Part shown: in pieces, positions 23,645 to 36,149 of the stretch
How the letters are laid out: every line of letters begins with the position of its first letter
How positions within the stretch are numbered: the first letter of the stretch is position 1
Source: Vicugna vicugna
Taxonomy: Eukaryota
Assembly (NCBI GenBank): GCA_013265495.1
Contig: MU058009.1
Location: 3,489,780 to 3,553,779, forward strand
Direction of reading: 5' to 3'
DNA: 64,000 nucleotides
The notes under the pieces: model-generated
Seen by the model: the letters and a program-made list of their open reading frames with translations, nothing else
Told to the model about the DNA's origin: nothing
The model's database searches: none
Made by a program: the position numbers and the translations under genes

Positions 23645-24266
23645 CTTAATTTCTTTTTTTTGATAGTTTGTTATTCGTGTTAAGAAACGCAGCTGATGCC
23701 TGTGTATTAACATTGTCTCCTGCGCTTGACCAGACTCACTGACGAGCCCTAGTGGTTTCCTGGTGGTGCCTTTAGGATTTTCTACGTATGGCATCATGTC
23801 ATCTGCAGACAGTGACAGTCTTACTTCTTCTTTTCCAAATTGGATTCCTTTTCTTTCTTTGTTTTCTCCGATTGCCGTGGCTGGGACTCCCAGAACTGTG
23901 TGGAATAAAAGTGGCGAGTGTCTAAGATGAGGAGCGAGTGTCCTGCTGAAAGCTTTCAGCTTTGCACCACTGAGTGGGACGCTAGCTGTGCGCTTGCCGT
24001 ACGCGGCCTGTGTTACGCTGAGGAACGTTTCCTCCGTGGCCACTTCCTGGAGAGCATGACCATAAATGGACGTTAATTTTATCATAAGCTTCTTCTGCAC
24101 CTATTGAGATGATCATGTGGTTTTATTCGTCAATGTGTTAATGTGGTGGATCACGCTGACTGATTGGCGGGTATTGACAATGCCTTGCACCCTGGGGTGA
24201 ATCCCACTTGATTATGGTGTGTGATCCTTTTAATGCATTTTTGGAGCTGATTGGCTAATATTTAGC
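23645..24266 (-). mobile_element. L1 ORF2 reverse-transcriptase fragment
   Basis: ORF 23561..24100(-) contains LKAFS...SPLLFHTVLGVPATAIGENKERKGIQFGKEEVRLSLSADDMMPYVENPK, matching L1 ORF2 '[48 protein letters not shown]'. Confidence 0.95.
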
Positions 24267-25876
24267 ATCACAGTTCTCAAGGAGTGTGAGGACCCGATTC
24301 TACTTGCCCACCCCCACCCCGTTCCCTCTCTGACAGTGAGGGAGGCTTATTCAGCAATTCAGGGGACCATCTGGGATCTGTTTTGTGTCTCAGCTCAGCA
24401 TCAAGGGAAGCTGACCATAGACAGACTAAACTCGGGGGTTAGCAGGCTGGGGGGACTTGGGGAAGCACCCAAACTAAAGGTGTCTCCTTGGGAGCACGTT
24501 AGCATCCTCCAGGGCTCACACACCAGGGCACACCTACCCCAGGAACGGCGCACCGGGAGAGATGATAGTCCTTTAGAACTATCCATTCTTCCTTCCAGAG
24601 CACCGGGGACCCACCCTAGAGCTGAACAAGGACCCGGGATGGTGGGAGGGGAGCCGGTGGTGGGAGCTTTGGGATCTGCAGACCGTAGACAGAGCCAGGG
24701 GCCCTACTCTGAAGGGAGCATAACCCAGCTTCCTTTTCTCCAGCATGGTTTTCGGGAGAAAGCGTGGTGGACCAGTGGCCCCTGGTGACGGGAAGACCCG
24801 GTTGTAAGGTGCAGCACCACCACGTTTCTCAGCGAGGCTAAGCTGCCACGGGAGGCACCTCCTGGCTCCGTCCTCACTCTGCCCTGAAAGCTCGCTCTTT
24901 GGGAAGTGAAGACGGTGTCATTGTGGCTCTCCCCAACTCTGTGGGCCCCTGGGTTCTAGGTGTGGGTGGATTACTGGAATATGGAGTGTGGAAGGAGGGA
25001 GGGGGGAGGCTGATGGTCCTTCAGGTGGCTCTGGGACACCAGAGGGGGGACATCGCTGTGTCCTAGCCCCACTGCCCTCGCCCCACCGGGACCAGGCACG
25101 CAGCCCACCAGGGAGCGCTCCTCCTTCCTTCCTACTCCAGGCCCTCTTTCCTCCCGCATTGCAAAGGCACTTCGCCTTCCAACCTGGTGGTGCAGGGCTC
25201 CTTCACCCGGGCACTGACCCTGGAGGGGAGGCCCGTGGACGAGGCCTGTGGCTGCTGAGCGAATCCAAGCCAGTGACTCCTGCCCGGGGCTCGCAGGGTG
25301 CTCTGGGAAGTGGCTCTACGTGGAGTAAACCATTTGGCCCAAAGTCATGGGTTTCTGTGCCTTTAGTCACAGCAGTTCTGTACAGCAGAAAGAGTGTGTT
25401 TTCTTGGGTGGCAGACGCTCTCCAGACCTGCCTCTGTCACTGCCTGATGGTCGAGCCGTGGCCTTGCAGGGCCTCAGTTTCCCGACAGACAGAGCAGGCC
25501 GCTGGACCGGGCCCCAGGCTTGTCGAACGACGTTCGTCAGAAGCCGCGGCAGGGACGGTGGGTGGGAGCCTGGAACGCCCAGCTGGCCTGCTCCACATCA
25601 CCTGCACTTCCATTTTCTGTTGGTTTCCATCCCTGCATAAGATTTGGTTTGAAGAAAACATTCGGTGGCTAAAAATAATTTGCAATCCCTCGACTAGATG
25701 GTCTCGAAGGTGCCCTTTGCGCTCTGTAATTTTAAGGTAGCACCTGCTAATTGGATCTGATCGTACACCCAGGTCAGAGACTAACAGCTTGTGGCGAGAC
25801 GCCTGAGCCTGTGCTTCGACTCATTTTAGCAATTTGCTCACTTCTTTACATTTGACACTTGGGGTTAAATCTGCAG

Positions 25877-25879
<3 letters not shown>

Positions 25880-25914
<35 letters not shown>
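25880..25914. repeat. (TG)n microsatellite, about 17 units
   Basis: Perfect TG run read directly from the sequence. Confidence 0.98.
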
Positions 25915-25916
<2 letters not shown>

Positions 25917-26364
25917 AAGCATTTTGTTTCTGAGCTAGTTCTCTGCGCCCTGAGAGGTTGTAAAGGGGGGAATCTGCCTCCAGTCCCATGTCCCCTCCGC
26001 GGTGGCTCTAGGATGGTGACCAGGTACCGAGGGAGGCCGAGGTTCCTTGGCCCATCTCTTCTGGGGACCTGTGATGCGCTGCCCCCGCACGAGGGGTGAG
26101 AGTGGCTTTCATCCATGGGTCACAGGAGAAGTGGTACCTCATACCTCAGGCCAAATATAATGACTCGTGAAGCACTCACTGGTCCCAGAAGGGCAACCAC
26201 AGGATGGACCCGGTGGCCGCTCTGTCAGGAGCTCCCGTCCTAAGTGCTGGAGCCTGCGCCCCTCCTCCTGCTGCTCTGCAGCTTGGGTTTGTGCCCTGGG
26301 AGTCTCGCTGTGAAACCTGCTCTTGGGAAGAGAGAGAAAGGGCTCCTTTACCCTCAAAGGTACT

Positions 26365-26530
26365 TCGTTTTTTATTTAAGAATCATCTTTACTGCAGTAG
26401 AAATGACATTTGTGCTGGCCCACGTTAAGAGGACAGTTCTACAATTCTGAGAACTGTGTCCTGGGTGAATACCAGTCCAGAGGAGGCAGAGGGCACTTCC
26501 ATCACCCCGTCCTCATTCCTGCCCTCTCTG
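26365..26530 (-). mobile_element. L1M 3' end remnant
   Basis: 'ttaagaggacagttctacaattctgagaactgtgt...agggcacttccatcacccc' resembles the reverse L1M 3' terminus. Confidence 0.5.
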
Positions 26531-26689
26531 TGTACTGCCGGTACACCAGGACTGCGTGCCTGGGGGGTGAGAAAGGGCAGTGGGGTGATGGCAGCGCTCT
26601 AAATCTTAATCGGGTTTGGGTTACATGGAATGCATGTCAAAATCCATGCAGCTGGGCTCTGAAAATGTGTTCAACTTACAGTTGAAGAA

Positions 26690-26790
26690 ATTGAAGCTTA
26701 GAAAGATTAAATAAAGTTCTCAATGCCACACCCTAGGGCTGACCCTAGATCTGACCCAAGGAACCAGTGGGTTTCCACCCCATGCTCTTA
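26690..26790 (-). mobile_element. MIR fragment
   Basis: 'aacttacagttgaagaaattgaagcttagaaagattaaataa...ctagatctgacccaag...catgctcttaac'. Confidence 0.55.
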
Positions 26791-27273
26791 ACAGCCGTGC
26801 TGTCCTGCCTCCTTTATGACCATGTTCAGAGACGGACGTAGTGCAGCTGGCAACCAGCAGTCTGGCCCAAGCATCTCACTGCATAAAGCAGGGAGCAGCC
26901 CCTGGGAGGGGAGGTGATTTAGGCAGCAAGTCAGAGGTGAAGCCCAGACCAGGGCCTCACCCAGTGCGCCCGAGCCTAGTGACGGCGCCTTCCCACCAAG
27001 TACGACTCATCGGATCTCACCGGACCTCGGCATGCAGAGCAGCTCCTAGTCTCCTCTTTCATTACGATGACTCCTCCTGTGAACGTGGAGGGCTGCACAG
27101 TCATGCTTCTCAGGCGGACCCAGAACGCCCAGGGAAGCCCCCCGGGTCTTGCTAAAGTACAGATTCTGACTTCAAACAGCCTGGGAATCCCAATATGTTT
27201 TTGAAGAATTCAAAAAAAGAAAAATCAAGTAAATAAGACCTTCCCTTAATTTTCCTCTCTCCTTACAGAGGAA

Positions 27274-27317
27274 ACACACACACGTGCACACGCACGCGCA
27301 CGCACACGCACACACGT
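27274..27317. repeat. Mixed (CA)/(CG) alternating purine-pyrimidine tract, 44 nt
   Basis: acacacacacgtgcacacgcacgcgcacgcacacgcacacacgt alternates purine and pyrimidine without a break. Confidence 0.9.
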
Positions 27318-30300
27318 CCGCTTCAGCCGTAGATCACAGTGCGCTTCTGACACCAGCCTTAACTCGATCACCAAGACCCCTGACTGTCAGGCAAACTCTT
27401 GGGCGAGGGTTGATGGGCCACACCCACCAAGCACACGGAGCGGGCCGCGGGCTTGCGCTTCCCGCTGGAAGCAGGTGGCACGGGGCGGAGTGCTCTGGCT
27501 GGCTCTGCATCTGGGTCGGCTACAGCCAGGCCCCGGGCGCGGCACTGTCGGGCTCAGAGGCTTTCGCCCTGCGCCGCCAGAACCGCTCTTGGCTACTGAT
27601 TGACTGATTGATCCCAGTCCAAATCCAATTGCTCTTCCTCTCTGTCTGCAAGGATTTGGGATGGACTGATCTCCGTCCAAGCTCATCTCGGGAGAACAAC
27701 GCGGTTGCAGTGGGGAGGACGCCGCTCGGGGTCCCGCGTCGTGCTGCCTTTGTTTCTCCTGCCAACTCCGGCCCAGGCTTTATCTGCAGGACCTTCCACA
27801 GCTGGTGGGCGTGAGTCCCGCCTCAGACACCTCGGATTCACTGTCCACCGCGCGTCCTTGGATGGCATATTCATTTAGGCACATTGCAGTCATCCAGATG
27901 CAGGCTGACCCTGTTAGCTCTACATGCGTTGTGAACCCAGTAAATTGTGCATCAACTAATTGCATAATTTATTTATTAATGAACTGAATTAAAATCCAAG
28001 TGCCGCGGCTCCTCTTCAGAGCATCAGGGTTGGGGAGAAGCAGAGCTTTGGAGGAATTCCCTTTCCAGAGTCATGAGCCTGCATTTCCCCTAGACTTACT
28101 CTCCTTCTTCTTTTTAAATGTGAAAAAAGAACTATTTCATGAAATTAGTAAATATGAGGGTTTTTTTCAAAAAAGCTACATTCATAAAATATTAATAATC
28201 CTGTATATCTTGCTGCATAATGCTGGGGAACAAATATTGACAGACCACATTAGTGCCGCCCAAAAGAATGCTTTTGAGAATACATATTCCCAGTCTAGAA
28301 GGAGTCTGGGGCACATCTATCTTCTTCTGTCCCTCCAGGCACCTCCTCCTGGAATGACTGTCCAATGTCAAACAGCCAGGGCTGCCTGAGGTCTCTCTTC
28401 CCTGGGGGAGGTGCATTCTCACCCCTCTGCGGGCCCCGGAACCTTGGCCTTGGATACTGGTTTCTTCAGAAGGAGGTTGCATCTTGCCAGCTGCCAGCAG
28501 CCAAAAGCCAAGATGCAGTGTGACTTCTAACCACCCGCCCTAAGCAACTACCCTTGTGTCCCCAAAGACCTCTCCGTGCTGGTTTTGGAAGCAAACCACC
28601 ACGCTTCCTTCTGCTACTTGACCACCAGCGTGGGAACAGCCGGCTCACTCACTCCAGGTCTTAGATCGCGCTTCCCCAGCATCTGAGTGCAAACGCTTTC
28701 TGCAGGACGTGAACCCAGGAAGCTCTGGAGGAGGGTGGGGAAGTAAGGCAGGAACAAGGAGGGCCCGATAAGGGCCACGTTATCAAGCAGGATGTCGCTG
28801 TGAGGACCTCTGGGAGACCCCTTGGAGCGTCCTCAGTGATCCCGCCCAGAAGTGAAGACGCTAGTGTACTGATCCCCCAGATCTCACCCATCATTGCTCG
28901 GGGCTTCTCCCAGGAGCATTAACTCCTTGGCGTTTGTGGGAAGGTGCTTGAATGGCTGAGAAAGCCCTTGCTGGGAGAGTCACAGGTGCTTGCAGCAGTT
29001 TCCTAGGGAACGTCTGGGAGTGTTGAGGACCAAGGGGATGTGAGCAGGGCGGTGATGGCCTGGAGTAACCCCAGGCCCTAAAGAAGCTCACAGCAACCTG
29101 ACTGAGCAGCCTCCAGCCTGTCTACGCTGTGGGTCCAGGACACACTGACCTCTGGCTCTGCAGAGAGAAATGGCCCCACCCAGCCCCTGATTTACACTCT
29201 TCCCCACGTCCCAGTGTCCCAGCCTCCTGCCTCAGGATCAGGTCTCTTCCCAGAGGGACTCTCAGTGTGTCACATAAATTCTTTCTGGGGAAGTCACACC
29301 CATACCCCCAGGAGTGTATTCTGCCCCTGTATCCTGAGGAAGCAGCTGAAATGTGATCTGTCTGTGGGATGGTTCTCAGTATTGTTGCTGGCAAATCCAA
29401 TCCATGACTATCTTGTAGCAACAACAGTCATAACAGTACTTTACCTTTTTTACAAATAACTTCCGATGCATTTGAATTTCTGAGCTGATTCTACCCAGAA
29501 CTCCTAGGAGGGAGGCATCCGAAGAAAACAAAGCCCTAGGGCATAATTCGGGCCCCGGGGCAGCGTGAACTTGCTGCGAGGAGCTCTGCTGACCTGCACC
29601 CCGTCTTGGCTCCTTCCTGTATCAGCTCCCGGCCCAGAGACGGCTCCCTGGGCCTCCCTGGGCCCCTGTGAGGCTGCCCCCTCCAACACGAAGCAGACTT
29701 TGGGGGCGTGCAATCCGCTGGGCTGTCCTGAGGCTCAAATGGGATGATGAAGTCAGGGCGAGGGCTGTTGGCGCTGGTCAGTCGCCTGGCTGTCGCCCAG
29801 CACACGCAGAGCCTGAGCCGGGCTCTCTCAGCTGTGCGTCTTGCGACCTTTCCCACCATTCCAGGATCCTTATTAAACCCTGAAAAATAGGCACAGGTCA
29901 GGCATCTGGGGGTTGGGTTCGTGCTGATCTTCCCCTCAATTCCTGTAAAACCTGCAGTCAGCCTCTGTGCAGGACGTGGGAGGAGGGGGTTTCCCAGGGC
30001 CACGGATGGAGATAAAACGACCGGAGAATAAGAATAAAGGCGTGCATGGGTCCACGTGGCGGCAGCCTCCGTGGCTCTGAGCGAGTGCGTGTCGTGTACC
30101 CGGCACAAAACTATCTCAACCAGAATAAACTTACCTCTTTATGCTGAGATGAGGCTGACGTGAAGCTGACAGGCCTTGGTGTCACTGGTAGCATCTTTAT
30201 GCTCATAAATGAAAAACAGATAACGGATTTGCCTTATTACAGGAGAAAGGGCCAAATGCTGTGTTTGCTCTCAAGTACCGCATAAAATGAAAGGCACATT

Positions 30301-32004
30301 CTCAATGTGGAACTTTGTTTGGAGTGCCCGTCTGGAGGAGGAAGAGGCGAACAGCCGCCCGTCCCCACCCAAACGCTCCCGCCTCCGTTTTTTTAATTTG
30401 TTATTGAAGCAAATAAGGCCAATTGTGGGAAATTTCTGTGCAGCCCTGATGCCTCCGTGGTGACTCTCACCGAGACTGATGCATTTAATTCACCTCTTCG
30501 GTGTATCCGAGATGCTATTCAGCAGCTGGCCGGGGTCCTTGGGCCTAGAAGCCGCTCCAGCATGAGACGCGCCCTGGTTCCCGGCCGTCTCCACGCCCGC
30601 TCATGTGCGGGGCTCTGGCTGCTCCAAGGGAGAAGCAGCGTGGGCCGTGAGTGCCCAGACCCCCGCCCTTCTCCACAGGCGGCCAGAGACTGAAAAAAAG
30701 GGAGAGAATTTGAAATCCAGGGCCACAGAGTTAACTGCAGGTTTATAACGTTGACTATCATGTGGAAATCAAAGAATTAAGAAGCCTGGAGAGGGACACC
30801 ACACACGCTTGCATGATTTGCTGGCTGGGAAATCTATTGTTTAATGCCGTTAATTAAAGAACTCACCAAAAAAAGAAAAAAAAAAAACAAGGCAAGCACG
30901 AAAGACCTGGATTTACACTCTTGCCAAGCGTCCTGCGCTGTCCTCTGTCACAGCGGTCACTTCCATTCAAGGCAGAGTTTCCCATCAGGGGAAGAGTGAA
31001 GAGGCCCAAACAGGTTTCTCTGTGGCTTAGGTAATTTTTGGCTTTTTGCTGTGAAGTGTCAGCGTCAGGACTAAGAGGCAAAGCTTGTCCTCTGGCTTGT
31101 TCCCAAGCTGCCCACGCCCGGCGCTGCGCTGGGTCCGGGAGGCACACAGTCCTAGTCCTCAGGGTGCTTCAGCTTGCTAGGGCGCTCCGGGGTCCACAGA
31201 CAGCCACACACAGGTCGACTTAATAACGGCCTTGGTAAGTGTCACACGGGAAGCACACGGGAGACCCCCGCTCAATGGGGGGGGGCGGTTCAGGAAAGCT
31301 GTTTCCTGAGGAACCGTAGGAAACACCGTATTTTTGAAGGATGAGTAAGACGCATGAGGAGGTGGACGTTTACGGGTTGAGCTCGCAGGTTTCTAACCTG
31401 TGACTGGTTTCCTGGCAGGTATCGGATCGTGTTTGCCGCGTCTCTAGAATCGAGGCTGCCTCGTGGCAAAGAGTCATGAATCCCCAGAGGGCGGACACTC
31501 TGCCTTTTAGATCTTCAGTCTCCTGCATTTGGTATGCCGCTTCTCCCCCGAAGCCCAGTAGGATGAGCAACACTTTCCTGTTTATTTTTGACGTTTCCTG
31601 GGCCGTGAGCTGCTCTACCTGCTCACCCAAAAGGACTGGGGGGTACTTAGCTGCGGAGCTGTCACAAACCCTCAATTTCTAAACAACGCAGTTTCTGTGA
31701 ACTGCAGTGAAACAGGGTGCCTGCACCCGGCTCCCTCCGCGTGGGTAGACTTTCCCCTGATACTCAGAGAAACCCTGGACAGGCTGCCTCTGAAGATGCC
31801 ATTCAGCAGGAGCACAATCTGTTGTCCCCCGGGAAGGCGAGCAGAGCTGCTCGGCCAAAGCCGGGTCTCAAACCCAGTTTCCCACCCGCAAGGTGACGTG
31901 AGGGGCTCCCTACGACAAACACGCGCCAGCACCACCCTAGAGATTCAAATCGTGGATAATTCACGTAGACTTTGAAACTAGTGTTTAAAAGTGGGTGTGA
32001 ACTT

Positions 32005-32065
32005 TGCCGCACCCCTGAAGCTAACGCAATATTGTGAATCAACTATGCTTTACTAAAAAAAAATT
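32005..32065 (+). mobile_element. L1 extreme 3' tail
   Basis: 'gcacccctgaagctaacgcaatattgtgaatcaactatgctttactaaaaaaaaa' is an artiodactyl L1 terminus with poly-A. Confidence 0.75.
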
Positions 32066-34967
32066 TAAATGTATGTGCAAAAAAAAGTGCCAGTTTCAAA
32101 GCCAACTTCAAGTAGAAACCTGCTACGTGACCTCAGGTCTTATTGCTTCCTGGGGGCCTTGGGAGGCCCGTTTTTCAGCATGAAATGGCTGTCGAGACAC
32201 ACACACTTTTCCCGATTATGATAAAGATGGATGAGGCATTTCGAAAATGCCAGGGGTGGGTACGGTCTGAAACCTCTCACGGCTGGCTGGCGTCGCCCGA
32301 GGACTGGGACACAGAGGCCCTCCGAGCCCCTCAGTGGCCTGACTGCGTGGCCCGGAGGAAGGCACGCCCCACCCACGCCTCGGTGGCCGGGCCGCGGAGC
32401 GCGATGGCCCCAGCGCCCTCCCTCCGAGCCGCCCCGCCCCCCACCGCGGAGGCAATGGGCTTTGAGGCGGAGGCGCGTCACGCGGGGTGATGTGCGGGCC
32501 CCAGAAGTCTTCATCAGTCACTCTGAAGCACTGGCACCGAGTCAAGTTAGTTCTCCTGTGACATTAAAAACCTCCCTTCAGTGAGGAAAACAAACAGATA
32601 AAGCACACCAGCTAATGACTTCGGAAGGCCAGAGAGCAGCTGAAGTATTGTTTTTTTAAATGCAATAGATTTTAAACGGCATTTCCAATAATGAATAAGT
32701 CACCCAATTACTGCACTCTCCTCATTCGAACACCTGTCCCAGCGACTCTCAATCCCCAGAGTGACTTTTATCTTTAACAATATTTATTATCATGAGCGTT
32801 ACCACATTAGATGGAGTCAGCTGGAGCCCGGCGCCGCGTGTGGTGGCGGCAGGGAGCGCGGCGCGTTGGTGAGAGGCCTCTATCTCCCTTCAGATGCGCA
32901 GCTGCTCTGAGCCGTCCTCGCTGCCCGTCCCCGGTGGACTGGGTGCGCGCGCATAACCACCCCGCGGGACACGATCACCCGAGGGGTCTCCGGTGACTGA
33001 CACCCCGAAGGGGCCCGAAGTGTTTCACAAACTGCCTCCTGGAGACAGATCTAAGATCAGCTCCACCTGGCATCCAAAGGCCGGTGCTCCAGCAGATGGG
33101 ACCAAGCAGCTCTGCCATTCCCCCAGAGCTCTTCCTTCTGCTCCCGAGCCTGGGGGAGCGTCTCCAGGGAGGCCAAGGGGCGAGGGCTCCGAGACGCCTT
33201 CAGTGCGTCCCTTCTCGTCCTTCAGACAAGACGGGAAGTCAGGCAAAGCCTGTTTGCACGGCTCCTGTGATGCCTCCAGCTCTGGGCCTGTCACCTGTCC
33301 TTGCAAGCGACCTAACCTGGAAGAGAAGCTCCCCACCTGAAGTAGCCGGGGAGCACTTTGTTCAAGTACATTCTGTTAGTTACTCATTAACGTTTATGAG
33401 CGCCTGCTGTGTATTTTATCAGTGACACCTAACATGCCAATTTGAAGACACAGACCCTGCATTTAAGAGGGTCCTGGTCCCAGTTAGCAGGGGAGGTGGC
33501 CGCGCACGCTGACGGTTTGGGTGAGGGCGGTGGTGGCAGTCGGCCTTCTAAGGACTTGGCGGCATCAGCGGTTCAGTCCTCACCGCCGCCTCCGCCCCGC
33601 AGCCAAGAACACGAAGACAGAGAAGTAACTCGTCTGAGGTCACGCAGAGGCTAAGTGGCGGGTGTGGGACGGGAACCCAGGAGGTTGGAGTCCAGAGTCA
33701 GGCACTGACCACCGTGCTGGCTGCTTCCCAGGAAGATGGCGAGCGGCAAGGCTGGGGTAACTACCACGTTTGGCTTGCTGAATTTAAACTGCAGGCTGAC
33801 CGATGTGACTGGCACTGAACACGTGTTATCCGATTTAATGCTACAAATATCCAACCAGGCAGTCAGAACTTTGTAAGAAACAGACTTAGGTAAGAAGAGG
33901 AGTTTAACACAAGTAGAACAGATCGTAAAGTGGAATAAAATCAAGCACATCAGGGCACGTCCCAGGACCATGGCGGCCAGAACCAGGGACAAGGGCGTTG
34001 TCAGGACGCTCATCTGGCAGCTCCGACTTAGCCCTCCCGCCCTTACCTTCGGCGGGAGAGGCTCCTCCCCCAGCTCTCAGACATCTCTTAGTGGGGACAC
34101 TGGCTTGTCTTCTGTCCAGTGCCTACTCTTAGACTAAACACGATGCATCATGAGCAAAGAAAGGTCATGAAAATGCCATTTCTATTCAGACGACACATCA
34201 GGCGGGGAGGAGCGAGAAACAAGTGCTTTCTCGAAAGAAGGGATGAGAAGGGCGACATGGGCATTGAGAGGGTCGTTAGAAACTCAGCAGCCGGCCCAGT
34301 GTCTGTGTACTGAGTGTAGATGCACTGATGCCCCATCTGCCGAGGAGAACTTGGGGTTGGGAGAGGTTAAGGAACGTGCCTGAGCATTGTCTGTGGTTCC
34401 CGAGAGGTTTGGACAAGGGGGGCTGTGTGACTGGGCTGTGTGCGGGGTGGCTTAGCCACTGGACCATGCTTGAACTCAACAGGCAGAGGATCCCTGAGGC
34501 CATGCACAGCCAGAAGGGCAGGTGTTTGGTGCTTCCGCCTCCGGAGTCGGAGGGTGAACTGGATTTCGTCCGAGCTGCTTCAATTCATTTAGCAACTATT
34601 TCATTAAAATTTCCCTTCGTAAGAGGAAGATATTTCTCAAGACATGACATTTCTTGAGCATTTCCTCGCCGTAGATTCCCAAGCCAGCCGGAGGAGAATA
34701 AAGATAACGCGAGGATGTCCCTGCCTGCAAAGAACGGGGACGTTTGGGAGGAAGTCCTGTCTGTCCCTCCCCCTCCTCCCCCTCCTTCTCACACGTGTAA
34801 ACACACACACATTCAGACAAGATAGAAACACTTAAAGAAACCTACGTGTAAGCAGTTGTAAACACAGAATTCACACGCGTGCAAACTTGTGAAGTACCCT
34901 GGGAGCTTCTGTGAGACTTCTTGGACGAGGAGGCTGATGAAAAGATGTTTCCAAAAGGTCCGTCTTA

Positions 34968-35110
34968 GGGAGAGGGGGTGGCTCAACAGCAGAGCATGTG
35001 CTTAGCACGCACAAGGTCCCAGGCTTGACTCCCAGATCTCCATTAAACAAACAAATACATTAATGAAAATAAGGAAATCTACTTACCACCCCTCCAAAAA
35101 AGAAAAAAAA
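34968..35110 (+). mobile_element. tRNA-Ala-derived camelid SINE (vic-1 type)
   Basis: 'gggagagggggtggctcaacagcagagcatgtgcttagcacgcacaaggtcccaggcttgactcccagatctcca' is a decayed tRNA-Ala(AGC)-like head with A and B boxes, followed by an AT-rich body and A-tail. Confidence 0.85.
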
Positions 35111-36149
35111 GTACATTTTATGGGTGTTTGTTTTCTCAGCTTGAATAATGCATTGCTTTTATCATTACAGGACTTGAAATTATCAGACACAAATGTGTAT
35201 GTTTCTTCTCAAAACCGTGACCTGTGCAATCTCTTCCCCTTCTCAGCCCCTCGTTGAGCCCTGGCTTTGCGCCCTGTGCTGAGCTGGGGGTCCTGCAGAC
35301 AGAGATGCTGAGGTGGGACGCCGCCCTCGAGAGCACAGAGGTCGGGGGAGCAGTGCCCCGCCAGGCGCGTGCTGAGCTCAGGCCCCGGGCGCACGGTGAC
35401 CCAGGACAGCCCAGCCAGGGCCCAGCTCCCTGGGTGGAGAGGCGATTAAAGAGAATCCATGAAGGAAGCAATGCCTTGGCTGTGACTTCAAGGGCCTTGA
35501 GGCACCCGGGAGAAGAGCGGGTCCTGGAGGCACTGCTGCAGAGGCCCCCGTGCGGCTGTGCCCGGAGCCGGGCCCGGCAAGGAATCAGGTGTTTGCGCGA
35601 GTCGGGGCGGGTGAGTCGGCCTCGAGCTGCCCGGGGCTCCCGCAGCCCGAGACGCAGAGGAGGGCCTACGGGGAGCTGAGTGTGGGCAGACACGGAGGCA
35701 GATGACGTGGGTCTCGTGAGCTGCGGGGAGGACCTGGGGGGTACCCTGCAGGGAGGGGGGCAGGCGTGAGCGGTCAGTTTAACTGGGGGGTCGCATCCCA
35801 GACATCTCCTTTACGTAGCTCGCTCTGGGCCTGGTCGGACTTGGGAACTGCTAGCAGGCGGGGGTCTGCTCTCTGTGGCAGGAATCCAGGTGAGAAACAA
35901 CAGGTGGGTAGGTCAGGATGAAAGAAAAGTGTTCTAGAAATCCCTAAGAGAGAAAATGGGTTGGGTTTGATGAGTAGTTTTGAATTATGAATCGTCTTGG
36001 CAAATGTCAGCTCTGTTTTTCCACTTGATCAGTCCAAAGAGCCGTGGGTCACCCCTGCGTCCACTTCTCTCAGATTCTTGGCAGGTCGGGTGGGCCTCCC
36101 CACCGCCACCTCTGGGACCAAAGGCCTGGCCTCCAGCACCTCTCGCCGT

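Noticed and set aside
23561-24100. 179-aa RT-like ORF as a gene
   Set aside because: A truncated, mutated L1 ORF2 fragment (the FADD motif is changed to SADD).
24988-25740. 250-aa ORF
   Set aside because: Composition driven by GC content, with no domain or splice support.
34968-35042. Functional tRNA-Ala gene
   Set aside because: Stems and the B box are degenerate and it continues into a SINE body and A-tail, so it is a SINE head.
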